This document shows positions 35,133 to 45,345 of a DNA stretch of 64,000 nucleotides, in pieces. The notes below the pieces were generated by a model. That model ran no database searches. It was not told where the DNA came from and saw only the letters and a program-made list of their open reading frames with translations. Position 1 is the first letter of the stretch, and each line of letters begins with the position of its first letter. Position numbers and translations under genes: made by a program. Source of the DNA: a virus (Duplodnaviria; Caudoviricetes); IMG/VR virus record IMGVR_UViG_3300037780_000050, positions 19,899 through 83,898 of that record; one strand, written 5' to 3'.

Positions 35133-36035
35133 GTGGCGACGTTCATCCAGCACATCCGCCGTCGCTATGAGCGGGCGCCGCGGCGGTTGACGTGGGTGTG
35201 CGGTTCCGATGAGTGGTTGCGTTTGGAGGTCGTGAAGGATCTGGTTGAGCGTTACGCCCAGAACCGGGCGTGGTACGACATCAGTTCGGCGAATGGGATC
35301 AGAGACTTCTGGGCGAGCGCCTTCCAGTACGGGATCGATGACGAGCCCCGCGTCATCGTTGGTACCCGTGCTCACAAGGTGAGTGATTGGGACAAGCTGG
35401 AGCTGTGGGCGTCAGAGATGCGCACCATGCCCAAGCTGTATCTGATCTTCGACAGCGACGATCACAAGATCGAGTCCGACAAGGACCACGTGGCCATGAT
35501 CCGCGACAAGGGTGACGTGATCCGTTGCGCTCCACCCAAGGAGGCCGACACCTTCGAGTGGCTCTCGACAGAGTTCGACACCATGAGCGCGACGGTGATC
35601 AACGCTGTGATCGATCGCACCATGAACGATCCACGCCGCAGCTATCAGCTCTGCGACAAGTTGGCCATGTTCGGCAACGCCCGTCCCGAGCACGTGGCGT
35701 TGCTGGGGGAGGAGTTCGTCGCCGGAGACTTCGTGGACTACGTGGTGCTGGGGGACAAGAAGCGGGCGATGGCTCTGGTCGAGACCATCGAGCCCCGCCA
35801 GGTGCTGGGGTTGTTCGTAGCGAGGTTGCGCCAGATGCAGGAGATGCACCGAGCGTTCCGCACGAACACCCACGCCAACGTCCCGGTGTTCGTGGAGCGC
35901 CGCTTCGAGAAGGTGGCAGGTCGGTACAACCAGGCCAAGGTGGCTCACGCCCGCAGGCTGTTGGCCGCTGCGGACGAGGCCACGAAACGAGGCCCCGCCG
36001 TGGGTGCCTTGGAGATGTTGGTGAGGAGTTGGTGA
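35133..36035 (+). CDS. holA: DNA polymerase III delta-like clamp loader subunit
   Basis: WVCGSDEWLRLEVV resembles the YLxxGxExxL start of delta; ~300 aa; FVDYVVLGDKKRAM lid/collar pattern. Confidence 0.55.
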   Translation: MATFIQHIRRRYERAPRRLTWVCGSDEWLRLEVVKDLVERYAQNRAWYDISSANGIRDFWASAFQYGIDDEPRVIVGTRAHKVSDWDKLELWASEMRTMPKLYLIFDSDDHKIESDKDHVAMIRDKGDVIRCAPPKEADTFEWLSTEFDTMSATVINAVIDRTMNDPRRSYQLCDKLAMFGNARPEHVALLGEEFVAGDFVDYVVLGDKKRAMALVETIEPRQVLGLFVARLRQMQEMHRAFRTNTHANVPVFVERRFEKVAGRYNQAKVAHARRLLAAADEATKRGPAVGALEMLVRSW

Positions 36036-36415
36036 TGGAAGCGAACACGTGGCGTGTCTACGCGCAGGAGTGGGTGGTCGGCACCACCACCAAGAGCGCT
36101 GAGGTGTGTCGGGAGTATCTGGAGAACAAGTACGTGCTGGCCGACGGCCGCGCTCGGCTGCCTTCGACGTGCATCCGGGTGGTGGCGCATCCGCTGGTGC
36201 CCGACCTTTGGCAGGGAGAGATCTGCGTGTGGGTGCTTCGTGGGGAGTTCAAGCGCTACGACGCCGCCAAGCAGTACGTGAGCGAGTTGGTGGTCGAGTC
36301 GCTGGCCAAGGACGGGGGCGTGGATGACATCCACTTGGTCGAGCGCGGCAGCAGAGCCGAGGCCCGTCTGCGAGACTTCGGTGTGAAGGTGCTGCATCAG
36401 GAGGAGTCGGTGTGA
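36035..36415 (+). CDS. hypothetical protein
   Basis: TGATG-coupled, 126 aa. Confidence 0.55.
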   Translation: MEANTWRVYAQEWVVGTTTKSAEVCREYLENKYVLADGRARLPSTCIRVVAHPLVPDLWQGEICVWVLRGEFKRYDAAKQYVSELVVESLAKDGGVDDIHLVERGSRAEARLRDFGVKVLHQEESV

Positions 36416-36645
36416 CCAAGCCCACCCCACGCCACTGGAGTGCGGTGGCGCGCTGTCCCCGCTGCGGTCAGCTCGTGCGCAAGGAGACCGCCACCAAGAT
36501 CGGCAAGCGGTTCTACGGACCGGAGTGCGCGCAGCTCGTGCTCGCCAACATCACCAACCTGCGGGTGGTCGACGGTGAGGTCACCGAGGCTGAGTCCAAG
36601 ACGCATCGCTACATGCGACGCCGGGTGAAGGAGCGAGAGACATGA
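36412..36645 (+). CDS. small Zn-finger protein
   Basis: CPRC and GPEC. Confidence 0.55.
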   Translation: MTKPTPRHWSAVARCPRCGQLVRKETATKIGKRFYGPECAQLVLANITNLRVVDGEVTEAESKTHRYMRRRVKERET

Positions 36646-39020
36646 AGCTGACCCAGCGAGTGACCGACATCGATCAGCTCCGGGAGCACATGGACAAGAT
36701 CTGTTCCGAGGGCATCGTGTTCGGGTTCGACATCGAGACCGGCTACGACGGCGATGATCGGGACAAGGCCGCTACCACTCCCGAGTTGATGAAGGTCGTG
36801 GGGATCTCCTACGCCATGAACACCGACGAGGGCTTCTACGTGCCTCTGGCGCACGACTTGGAGCGCAACGAGGACTTGGCCACCGTGGCCGAGGTCATGA
36901 AGCCCGCACTGCAATCTGGTCTGGGTGTGGCTCACAACGCCAAGTTCGAGATCCGGTGCTTGGCCCAACCCCAGCCCCGAGGGTTCGGCTACCACTGCCG
37001 CGTGTTCAGCGACACCCAGATCGAGGCGTACGTGTTGCAGGAGTGGCAGAGCTTCGCGTTGAAGTCGCTGGTGTACGACGTGTTCGCCTACGAGCAGGCC
37101 ACCTACGCCAGCCTGTTCCCGGGGGCCAAGCCCGCCGAGCTTCGCAGGAGCAGGTTCAACCATCTTCCTGTCTCCCCGGCCGTGATTTCCTATGCGGTGG
37201 ACGACAGCATCTGGTGCCTCGCACTACACCTTCGCCACCACCCTCTGGTCGCCGACACCGCGGTGTACAAGCTGGAGATGCAGGTACTCGATGTGGTCGT
37301 GGCGATGGAGGAGGTCGGTCTCTACTACGACTGGGACTACTTGCGCGCCGGGGCCGAGGGGTGTTTGGAGTTCATCGACCAGCTCGAAATCGAACTGGTG
37401 GACGAGTTGAGCGAGATGGTCTTCGGTGTGGGCATGGAGGGTGGTGTGGATGGCGTCCCCAGCCGTATTGAGGTCAACCTGGCCAGCCCCGCCCAACTCT
37501 CCGACGTGCTGTACAACAAGCTGGGCCTGCCCGTGACGATGCGGTCCAAGAAGACCGACAAGCCGAGCACCAGTGCCGACGCGCTGACCCCGTTGGCCAA
37601 GGACTACCCAGCGGTGCAGAAGATTCTGTGGTGGAAGGAGTTGAAGAAGCTCCACGGCACGTACCTCAACAAGTACGAGCGGGCGTACTCCGGCGCAGCA
37701 GACGGTCGCACCCATCCCAACACCATGCAGGCGGTGGTGGTGAGTGGCCGCTTCGCGGTGAGTGATCCTCCCTACCAGCAGACCCCGAAGAAGTACCGCT
37801 ACGAGTTGGACTCAGGCGCGCATTGGGAGTTCGAGTTCCGCCCATCGATCCGCCCCCAGGAGGGCAACTACTTCCTGTACTTCGACTACAGCCAGGTCGA
37901 GCTACGGGTGGTGGCCGGGCTGGCCAAGGAGCAGGCGTTGATCGATGCGTTCGCCAGCGGCACCGACGTGCACCGGGTGACCGCGAGCCTGATGCTCAAT
38001 GTCCCCTTCGATGAGGTCACCGGGGATCAGCGCGACATCGGCAAGACCATGAACTTCGCTCTGGTCTACGGCATGAGCACCAAGATGCTGGCTCAGCGGC
38101 TGGCGGTCACCCAGGAGCGTGCCGAGGAGCTGTACCAGGCGTACTTCGACACCTACGGGTCGATCAAGGTGTGGCGCCAGCGGGTGATCGAGGAGGCCAG
38201 CGCCAAGGGCTACACCGTGAGCTGGCTGGGGCGCAAGCACAAGATCTGGGAGTTCGAGTCCAACGACCGGTGGGTGTTCGAGAAGGGTGAGCGCTTGGCA
38301 GGCAATGCCCCGGTGCAGGGCGGTGCTGCCGACTACATGAAGGTGGCCATGGTCCGTCAGCACAAGAAGCTGGCAGAAGCTGGTCTGCTGGCAGACGTGC
38401 GGCTGGTCGCCAACGTGCACGACTCCCTCACGTGGGAGGTCACCGACGCCATCGACCCCTTCGACATGATGCGGCTGCTCAATCCTGCGGTCAGCTTCCC
38501 GCTGCCGGGGTTCCCACCGATCACCGCGGACTGGGCCGTCGGGTTGGATTGGGGCAACCTCCACGAGATCAGTCTGGTGGAGGCCGAGGAGCACGTGGCC
38601 GAGCGGTGGTCGGTGTACGACATCATCAACGACATCCCCCAAACACTCTCTCCAGAGCCTCTCCCTGCTCCTGAGAGCCCCGCTGTGGTCTCCGAGCCCC
38701 TGCCATTCCAGCCCGACCCCGCCGCCCAGTACGACGAGCCCAGCGAGGGCTCTGAGTCCTTGGGAACAAAGCGCATGGTGGTGACGCTCCAGGCGATGCC
38801 GACCAAGGCCCAGTGGTCGTCGTTCACCGAGTGGCTGGCCACCAACGCAGGCGAGTGCGAGGTGCACGTGGTCACCCCGAAAGGCAGTGTCGATTTGCCC
38901 CAACGTGTGAGCGAGCGGGCCAACACCGCGTCGGTGATCCACTTCGGCAACACGGGTCGTGTGGAGTGGGAGGTCTTCGAGGACACGAAAGATCTGTTGG
39001 TGTCGGGGCTGGGGCTGTAG
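36642..39020 (+). CDS. polA: family A DNA polymerase with 3'-5' exonuclease and extra C-terminal domain
   Basis: GFDIETG (ExoI), AHNAKFE, FDYSQVELR (motif A), GKTMNFALVYG (B), VHDSL (C). Confidence 0.92.
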   Translation: MKLTQRVTDIDQLREHMDKICSEGIVFGFDIETGYDGDDRDKAATTPELMKVVGISYAMNTDEGFYVPLAHDLERNEDLATVAEVMKPALQSGLGVAHNAKFEIRCLAQPQPRGFGYHCRVFSDTQIEAYVLQEWQSFALKSLVYDVFAYEQATYASLFPGAKPAELRRSRFNHLPVSPAVISYAVDDSIWCLALHLRHHPLVADTAVYKLEMQVLDVVVAMEEVGLYYDWDYLRAGAEGCLEFIDQLEIELVDELSEMVFGVGMEGGVDGVPSRIEVNLASPAQLSDVLYNKLGLPVTMRSKKTDKPSTSADALTPLAKDYPAVQKILWWKELKKLHGTYLNKYERAYSGAADGRTHPNTMQAVVVSGRFAVSDPPYQQTPKKYRYELDSGAHWEFEFRPSIRPQEGNYFLYFDYSQVELRVVAGLAKEQALIDAFASGTDVHRVTASLMLNVPFDEVTGDQRDIGKTMNFALVYGMSTKMLAQRLAVTQERAEELYQAYFDTYGSIKVWRQRVIEEASAKGYTVSWLGRKHKIWEFESNDRWVFEKGERLAGNAPVQGGAADYMKVAMVRQHKKLAEAGLLADVRLVANVHDSLTWEVTDAIDPFDMMRLLNPAVSFPLPGFPPITADWAVGLDWGNLHEISLVEAEEHVAERWSVYDIINDIPQTLSPEPLPAPESPAVVSEPLPFQPDPAAQYDEPSEGSESLGTKRMVVTLQAMPTKAQWSSFTEWLATNAGECEVHVVTPKGSVDLPQRVSERANTASVIHFGNTGRVEWEVFEDTKDLLVSGLGL

Positions 39021-39027
39021 CAGAGTC

Positions 39028-39339
39028 ATGAAGTTCAGACAGGCGATCACAGAGGAGAGGGCCAACGGGGTCTGGTTGAAGTACCACGTCGAGTTGGAGG
39101 AGCCCGACATCGAGTCGAGCGCCGCCGAGATGGGTCTGCCCTACGCAGAGCTGTCGACGTTGGAGCGGTTCAACTTCGCCCGGTTGCTGTGCGCCACGCT
39201 GCTCTACAGCGCCATGGTGGCCGATCATCCGTTGGCCGAGCCCGAGCTGATCGAGGCGCGCAGCCGGTTCACCGAGTACCGGGACCATCTCCGCACCAAG
39301 CACCCGCTGGAGACCGAGGACGTGTGGGGTGACACATGA
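39028..39339 (+). CDS. hypothetical protein
   Basis: 103 aa, directly after the polymerase. Confidence 0.55.
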   Translation: MKFRQAITEERANGVWLKYHVELEEPDIESSAAEMGLPYAELSTLERFNFARLLCATLLYSAMVADHPLAEPELIEARSRFTEYRDHLRTKHPLETEDVWGDT

Positions 39340-39572
39340 GCGACGAGCTGTGCATCCACGACATGGATCCGCTCACGTGCTCGTTGTGCAAGCCGAAGGG
39401 CAAGACGCGTCAGATGCGGGACTACCGGGCAGCGCGCCGAGCGGTGCACGCCAAGGAGTTCCAGGCCCAGTACGACGGGACGTGTGGCGAGTGTGGCGAT
39501 GCGATCTCGACGGGTGAGCGCATCGTGCACACCGATGAGGGCGGCTACAGCCACGCCCGGTGCATGTTGTGA
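39336..39572 (+). CDS. small Zn-binding protein
   Basis: CIHD, CSLC, CGEC and HARC. Confidence 0.6.
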   Translation: MSDELCIHDMDPLTCSLCKPKGKTRQMRDYRAARRAVHAKEFQAQYDGTCGECGDAISTGERIVHTDEGGYSHARCML

Positions 39573-40045
39573 GTACGTCTGATCGATTGGGTGAGATCAT
39601 CACCCAGGCGCAGGTGTGTCGAGCAGAGATCACCAAGCTGTACCCGGCCAAGGGCGCGACCCCGGGTGAGGTGGTCGAGAGCTTGCAGGCGATCCGCCCG
39701 TGGCTCGATGAGTTGGAGACGTTGGTGGTGGCGCTACGCCGCTATCGCAGCGTGAGCGAGCGTGCTCTGGCCACCGCCAAGTCCGCAGCCGAGGACCGTT
39801 GGGACCAGGCTGCACGAGGTAAGGGCGGCAGCGTGCGTGATGCTGGTCCGCGAGAGCGCTACGCACACTTCAATTTGGAGAGCTTTGAGGAGCGTCGCAC
39901 CCAGCGTGAGGCCGAGGCGCTGCACTCCGAGACCACCGCAGCGTTCGATGCTGTGCAGGCCATGTTCCGAGGGGCCGAGAGCATTCGACATGATCTGCAC
40001 GTGCTGATCCGGGCCGCGCAGTTCGAGAGCAGTCTGGAAAGATGA
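39569..40045 (+). CDS. helical coiled-coil protein, possibly a recombination mediator
   Basis: All-helical, 158 aa, near SSB and RecA; function is inference only. Confidence 0.45.
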   Translation: MSTSDRLGEIITQAQVCRAEITKLYPAKGATPGEVVESLQAIRPWLDELETLVVALRRYRSVSERALATAKSAAEDRWDQAARGKGGSVRDAGPRERYAHFNLESFEERRTQREAEALHSETTAAFDAVQAMFRGAESIRHDLHVLIRAAQFESSLER

Positions 40046-40560
40046 GAGAGATGACGAGGAACGCGATCAGCTTCGACTTGGATTCCACCCTGGCCGACAC
40101 CCGCCAGCGCCAGTGGATGGTCCCGATGATCCGTGGCGAGGCCCCCAACCCCGAGGGCTACACGTGGACCGACTACTCCATGCTCTGTGAGCACGACGAG
40201 ACCATCGACGGTGTGTGCACGCTGCTGCGGGGGCTGTACTTCGGTGGGTACTACATCTTGATCAACACCGGTCGCTCTGCCGCGGCCGAGGATTTGACCA
40301 GGGGTTGGCTCAACCGCCACTTCGTGCCGTACAACCATCTGGCCATGCGGCCGGTCGGTGACCACCGCCCCAACGCCGAGCACAAGATCGAGTCCATCAT
40401 CCACTTCGAGGTCAACCACTCAGCCAAGGTGATTCTGCACGTGGATGATTGGGCCGAGGCCGCAGAGGAGGTGGGTCGGCAGTTGAAGATTCCCACGGTG
40501 GTCATCCCTGGCCCCTTCGTCAAGCCCGAGCCCGCTGCGTGGGATCAGGAGAAGGGCTGA
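40042..40560 (+). CDS. HAD-family phosphatase (PNKP phosphatase-like)
   Basis: FDLDSTLAD, INTGRS, MRPVGDHRP, HK and HVDD. Confidence 0.85.
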   Translation: MREMTRNAISFDLDSTLADTRQRQWMVPMIRGEAPNPEGYTWTDYSMLCEHDETIDGVCTLLRGLYFGGYYILINTGRSAAAEDLTRGWLNRHFVPYNHLAMRPVGDHRPNAEHKIESIIHFEVNHSAKVILHVDDWAEAAEEVGRQLKIPTVVIPGPFVKPEPAAWDQEKG

Positions 40561-40964
40561 TGCGGTGTTACCGCTGCAAGGTGAAGATCTCGATCACTGA
40601 GTCCAAGCGCATGGTGACCCAGCACGCCGATGGCTCCGTGTACGACCGGACCAAGGCCAGCCAGGTCGAGCCCGACTCAGTGGCGGTCAAGGCGTGGCAC
40701 AAGAAGTGCCACCACATCGGCGAGAAGCGCAGCGCCATCGGTGGCGACCCCGTGGACGGCCGCGCCGGGCCATCGCTCAACGCCAACGAGATCGATGAGG
40801 CCATCAGGAGTGGCTCCACCGCGGCGCTCAGCGAGGGGTGGCGTCGGCGCCAGCAGGAGATCCTCAGGGACCGAGCAGCAGACCCCGGCCACGTCGAGTA
40901 CCCCGACCGTGATTGGCGTGACCAGCAAGTAGCCGATCTGGTGAAGATCGACCCCGACGAGTAG
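40560..40964 (+). CDS. hypothetical protein
   Basis: TGATG-coupled; CYRC and HKKC. Confidence 0.55.
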   Translation: MRCYRCKVKISITESKRMVTQHADGSVYDRTKASQVEPDSVAVKAWHKKCHHIGEKRSAIGGDPVDGRAGPSLNANEIDEAIRSGSTAALSEGWRRRQQEILRDRAADPGHVEYPDRDWRDQQVADLVKIDPDE

Positions 40965-41025
40965 TAGAATCGACAAGCTCCCCGCAACCAGCCGGTTGGG
41001 GACCACAGAGAAAGCGACCAAGCCC

Positions 41026-42027
41026 ATGCCATTGGCGAAGTTCACCCGCGAGAACACCCAGTCAGGACCGGAGATCCCCCGGCTCAAGCTGGAGAAGGAC
41101 GAGAAGGCCCGGGTGGTCATTCTCGATGAGGGTCCCCAGTACCGGTGGTATCACCGGCTGGAGAAGATCGCTCTGCTGGGCCAGCGCCCGAAGATGGTGA
41201 CGCGAGAGCGCCGCAACGGTGAGACCTACGAGGTCTACGACACCGACTTCGTGGGCACTCCGGCATGTACCGGTGACCCCGAGGTGCTGGAGCAGCGCGG
41301 CGTCGACCCCGACAACTGCGTGATCTGCGCAGCGAGCCGCAAGTACCCCGACGCGATCGAGGAACCCAAGCGCCGCTTCGCCATGAACGTGTTCAAGTAC
41401 CAGACCAAGCCGGGCAGCTCCGAGTTGCAGGTTCCCTTCGGTGGGACACTGCTGGTGTGGTCGTTCACCGAGAAGCGGTTCAGCGTGCTGGTCGACATCG
41501 CCGAGGAGTTCGGCGATCTCCGAACCACCGACTTGGTGCTGGGTCCGTGCTCCAACGCCCAGTTCCAGAACTTCGAGATCCACGGCAGCCCGAAGGCCGC
41601 GTGGATGTCCAACGACGAGACCAAGGCGTACACCGCCAGCGTGTACAAGGAGAACAAGTTCTCCGACGCCGAGCTGATGGACTTGTGCGCCAAGGTCCGC
41701 GAGGAGCGCTACGTCAAGGAAGATCTGGAGATGATCATCGAGCGCTGGGAGCACGTGGCCCGCTGGGAGGCGGGCGACGCTCAGGTCAGCGCCTCGGCCG
41801 CAGCTCCGGCCGAGAAGATCGATGTCGCCGATGCGCTCAGCGATCTGTTCAACTCCAGCGACTCGCCGACCGAGGCAGATACCGAGGTCAAGACCGAGCC
41901 GATCTCTCGCCCCACGACGTCGGTCACCGACGACTTGGACGCTCTGCTGGAGGCTCCCACCGAGGCACCGGCCGAGCCCAAGGAGGAGATCAGCGGCATT
42001 ACCGACTTGGATGATCTGCTCAAGTGA
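41026..42027 (+). CDS. gp32-like single-stranded DNA-binding protein
   Basis: RLKLEKDEKARVV, Cys cluster CxxxxCVIC, RFAMNV, acidic tail ending DLDDLLK. Confidence 0.7.
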   Translation: MPLAKFTRENTQSGPEIPRLKLEKDEKARVVILDEGPQYRWYHRLEKIALLGQRPKMVTRERRNGETYEVYDTDFVGTPACTGDPEVLEQRGVDPDNCVICAASRKYPDAIEEPKRRFAMNVFKYQTKPGSSELQVPFGGTLLVWSFTEKRFSVLVDIAEEFGDLRTTDLVLGPCSNAQFQNFEIHGSPKAAWMSNDETKAYTASVYKENKFSDAELMDLCAKVREERYVKEDLEMIIERWEHVARWEAGDAQVSASAAAPAEKIDVADALSDLFNSSDSPTEADTEVKTEPISRPTTSVTDDLDALLEAPTEAPAEPKEEISGITDLDDLLK

Positions 42028-42398
42028 CCGCCGCCAAGGACAAGGGAACAGCCGGAGAGAACCAGGCAGTGGACATTCTGGTCGCTGCTGGGTTCCCCCG
42101 AGCTGACCCCACCGACCCCACCAGCGTGGGCGTGAAGCGGTTCCAGGGTGGGTGGGAGTCCCACGACATTCAGGGTGCCGGGGATTGGGTGATCGAGGCC
42201 AAGTGGCGGAAGCGCTGGTCAGTGTTCGAGTGGGTCCGCAAGATCCGCAGGCGAGCTGCTGGCAGGCCGTGGGCCATCATCGGTATCCACGGCGATCGCC
42301 GCACAGTGGAGGGGCGTGAGGTGGGCGAGCTGTGCATCATGGATGCGCACCTGGCTGCCAAGCTGATCCACCACTGGGAGATGACTGGTGGGAAGTGA
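42024..42398 (+). CDS. Holliday junction resolvase, Hjc-like PD-(D/E)xK
   Basis: KDKGTAGENQAV, HDI and VIEAK. Confidence 0.75.
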   Translation: MTAAKDKGTAGENQAVDILVAAGFPRADPTDPTSVGVKRFQGGWESHDIQGAGDWVIEAKWRKRWSVFEWVRKIRRRAAGRPWAIIGIHGDRRTVEGREVGELCIMDAHLAAKLIHHWEMTGGK

Positions 42399-42506
42399 AG
42401 CGGGGCAGTATCATCATCAGTGAGAGGGATGGTCAGTCCAATTCTCAACGCATGGCCCGTCTGGTGACCCCAGGCGGGCCGTGTACGTTCTTGAAGGAGT
42501 GTGTGC

Positions 42507-43733
42507 GTGAGTCTCGATGAGATTCTGGCGAGCGTGTCCAAGGAGTTCGATGTCCGCATCGCTCCGCTGAGTGCTTCGGGGGTGGACGTACCTGCGATCA
42601 GCACGGGCAACATCGGCATCGACTACATCACCGGAGTGGGTGGGTTGCCACTGGGCCGGTGCGTGGAGTTGTACGGCCAGCCCGCCAGCGGCAAGACCAC
42701 GTGCGCGCTGATGACCGCGGCCCGAGCCCAGCGGGAGGGCAAGCGGGTGCTGTACTTCGACTTCGAGCAGAAGCTCGACCCCCGTTACGCCAAGGCGTTG
42801 GGCGTGGATGTGGACTCCGAGACGTTCCTGTTCGTGCAGCCTGACAATTTGGAGCAGGGCGCCAACGTGGCCCGCAAGCTGGTGGCCACCGGGGAGATCG
42901 AGGTGGTGATCTTCGACAGCGTGGCCGCGATGACCCCGAGCGCGCTGATCGACAAGGACACCGGCCAGAAGACCGTGGCCGAGCAAGCTCGTCTGATGAG
43001 CGAGTTCCTCAAAGCGTTCGTGCCGCTGCTGCGCCAGACGCACACGCTGGGCATCTTCCTCAACCACGAGATGGAGCTGCTCGACATGGGCGGTGGTGGT
43101 CGTCCGGGGATGCCCCCGCGCAAGTCCACACCGGGAGGCCGTGCGCTCAAGTACTACGCCACGCTGCGGATGCAGTTCGTGACCATCAAGCGCAACAAGG
43201 GCAAGTTCTGGGATCCTCTCACCAACACCGAAGCCGAGTCGATCACGAGCGTGCACACGCTGGTGAAGACCGACAAGAATCAGGTGGGCGTACCGCACCG
43301 CCAGGCGCTGGTCCGGGTGAGCTTCGGCAAGGGGTACAGCCAGGCGTTCAGCGTGCTCAACGTGCTGCTGGCCTACAAGGTCGTGAAGAAGGGCACCGGG
43401 GGGATCTACCGCTTCCCCGGCTTGGAGGGCGAGGAGGGCGCGTTCGAGGGGCTGGAGACCGAGGTCGACGCCAAGGGCCAGCGCTGGGTGCGGGGAGAGG
43501 ACAAGCTGGTGCAGATGCTCGACGCCGCGCCGAAGGCGCTGCGTGTCTGGGCTGAGATCGCCGAGGAGAAGCTGGCCGAGGGTGAGCCCGAGGGGGACCC
43601 CGAGACGGTGACGCTCATCCCCACGCCCGAGCTGACCGAGGGCAAGGTCAGCGCTGCCGCCGAGTTGAAGCTAGGGTCTCCCAACGAGCTGCTCGATGAA
43701 GCTGATCTGGTGGAAATCGAAGCGAAGCGGTAG
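42507..43733 (+). CDS. recA: RecA-like recombinase
   Basis: ELYGQPASGKTT, FDFEQKLDPRYAKALGVD, IFDSVAAM, QARLMS, PGGRALKYYA. Confidence 0.95.
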   Translation: MSLDEILASVSKEFDVRIAPLSASGVDVPAISTGNIGIDYITGVGGLPLGRCVELYGQPASGKTTCALMTAARAQREGKRVLYFDFEQKLDPRYAKALGVDVDSETFLFVQPDNLEQGANVARKLVATGEIEVVIFDSVAAMTPSALIDKDTGQKTVAEQARLMSEFLKAFVPLLRQTHTLGIFLNHEMELLDMGGGGRPGMPPRKSTPGGRALKYYATLRMQFVTIKRNKGKFWDPLTNTEAESITSVHTLVKTDKNQVGVPHRQALVRVSFGKGYSQAFSVLNVLLAYKVVKKGTGGIYRFPGLEGEEGAFEGLETEVDAKGQRWVRGEDKLVQMLDAAPKALRVWAEIAEEKLAEGEPEGDPETVTLIPTPELTEGKVSAAAELKLGSPNELLDEADLVEIEAKR

Positions 43734-43787
43734 TAGTACATGAGCGGGACGACAACGAGTCCCACCTAGTAGGAGAACAGACTGACC

Positions 43788-45008
43788 ATGACCGACATCA
43801 CGATCGATCAGATGCGAGACCGGTTGCTCACCATCGAGCAGCTCCACACCGAGTTGGCAGCCACCGAGCCGCTCAGCGAGATGGAGTTCGAGACGGGCGA
43901 GCAGATCCGCTTCGAGCTGGGCGAGGGTGCGCTCACCCAGGCCCAGAACATCGCCGACACCGAGCCCGTCAACGCGGTGGCCCACATCAACGGCACCGTG
44001 TTCCCGCTGTCCAAGGAGGCGCTGCTGGAGGCCACCAGCAAGTGCGGCATCCCCAAGGGATACGCACAGCGGACCCCCGAGGGACTCATCGAGACCCACC
44101 TCAACTACTGGTTTCAGGAGGGGCTCCGGGTCGGCAGCAACGGCAAGCCCAAGCAGCACAAGGCGCTCGCCGCGGGCACCGATCAGCTCATCGTGGGCTT
44201 CACCGGAGGACAGATCCGCCCGTTCAGCAACCTCCAGTTGCTCGACATCGCAGTGGATCGAGCTGCCAACTACTACGGCGCCCGCGTGGATGATCTGCTG
44301 GTCGACTACAAGCGCCAGCACAGCCTGCGTCTCACCGAGTTCCGGGTGATCGTCCCCGACTACACCCGCAAGATCGTCTCCGGCCGCGACACCGCCGCCC
44401 GAGAGGATTCGTGGAGTGCAGGTCTACAGGTCCGCAACTCCCTCACGGGCGAGGACTCCACCAGCTTGGACGGCTACCTGTTCGCATGGTGGTGCACCAA
44501 CGGCTGCACGAACACCTACGCCACGTCGGGACGCTGGAGCCGCCGTGGCGGTGGCGGCAACGACACCAACGAGGTGTACGACTGGGCTGCCCAGTCGGTC
44601 GACCAGATCTTCGCCGAGCTGGAGACGAGCTTCGATGAGGTGCAGTCGCTGACCCAGGTCCCGATCCGGGGCGATGTGGTCGGTGCGCTGGGCAACATCT
44701 ACGAGCGCTACGGCATCCCGAGCGTGCTGCGGGATCGCATCACCGAGGCCATGGTGGAGTCGGACGATCTCACCATGTACGGGATCATGAACGCCATCAC
44801 CAGCGTGGCCAACGACGGTGTGTCCGCACGCCAGGCCACCACGCTGATGGAGGCCGCTGGCGAGCTGCCTCGGGTGTACGGCAACGCCCGGGTCGCGTTC
44901 GAGGCCGTGGAGACCGGCCACTTGGATCTCCAGGGTGACGTGGACATCACGCTGCCCGACGGGCAGACCGTTCGCACTCGGGTGACGAAGATCCCCGCCA
45001 GCGACTGA
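43788..45008 (+). CDS. DUF932-like protein
   Basis: GLQVRNSLTG and WWCTNG motif. Confidence 0.65.
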   Translation: MTDITIDQMRDRLLTIEQLHTELAATEPLSEMEFETGEQIRFELGEGALTQAQNIADTEPVNAVAHINGTVFPLSKEALLEATSKCGIPKGYAQRTPEGLIETHLNYWFQEGLRVGSNGKPKQHKALAAGTDQLIVGFTGGQIRPFSNLQLLDIAVDRAANYYGARVDDLLVDYKRQHSLRLTEFRVIVPDYTRKIVSGRDTAAREDSWSAGLQVRNSLTGEDSTSLDGYLFAWWCTNGCTNTYATSGRWSRRGGGGNDTNEVYDWAAQSVDQIFAELETSFDEVQSLTQVPIRGDVVGALGNIYERYGIPSVLRDRITEAMVESDDLTMYGIMNAITSVANDGVSARQATTLMEAAGELPRVYGNARVAFEAVETGHLDLQGDVDITLPDGQTVRTRVTKIPASD

Positions 45009-45035
45009 TCGGCAGGCTGTAGGGGCCGCGCCAGG

Positions 45036-45063
45036 CAGGGCCACCCCTTCGGGGGTGGCTCTG
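45036..45063 (+). terminator. GC-rich hairpin with C(UUCG)G tetraloop
   Basis: CAGGGCCACCCC-TTCG-GGGGTGGCTCTG downstream of a stop codon. Confidence 0.75.
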
Positions 45064-45126
45064 TCGCGTACGTAGGTATCTGGCATCAGTCGCCGGAAGG
45101 CGGTATGCATACGGGAGGGCGAACTT

Positions 45127-45345
45127 GTGAAGCACGAGTGCATGACACCAGATCCCTATCTGGTACTGGTGTCCGATCAATGGCAGTGTCCGTGCTGTGA
45201 TCGGTGGTGGGTTCGGCGGGTCGGGTTGACGAGGATGTCCCCGCTGTCGACGCGCATGAGTCCAGGCGTGGTGTGGCTGCCGATGACGTTGGGCGAGCGT
45301 GTTCGGCTCCGATTCCGATTCATATGGGGGAGGGTGACGCGATGA
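45127..45345 (+). CDS. small hypothetical protein
   Basis: GGAGG RBS; WQCPCC. Confidence 0.4.
   Translation: MKHECMTPDPYLVLVSDQWQCPCCDRWWVRRVGLTRMSPLSTRMSPGVVWLPMTLGERVRLRFRFIWGRVTR

Noticed and set aside
26146-43733. Inteins or introns in DnaB, PolA or RecA
   Set aside because: Motif spacing looks continuous; no intein splice-junction or LAGLIDADG motifs seen.
17676-43775. TAGTAG upstream of several genes (about 17677, 40962, 43731) as a phage-sigma -10 box
   Set aside because: Two cases are simply tandem stop codons, and no shared upstream element was found.
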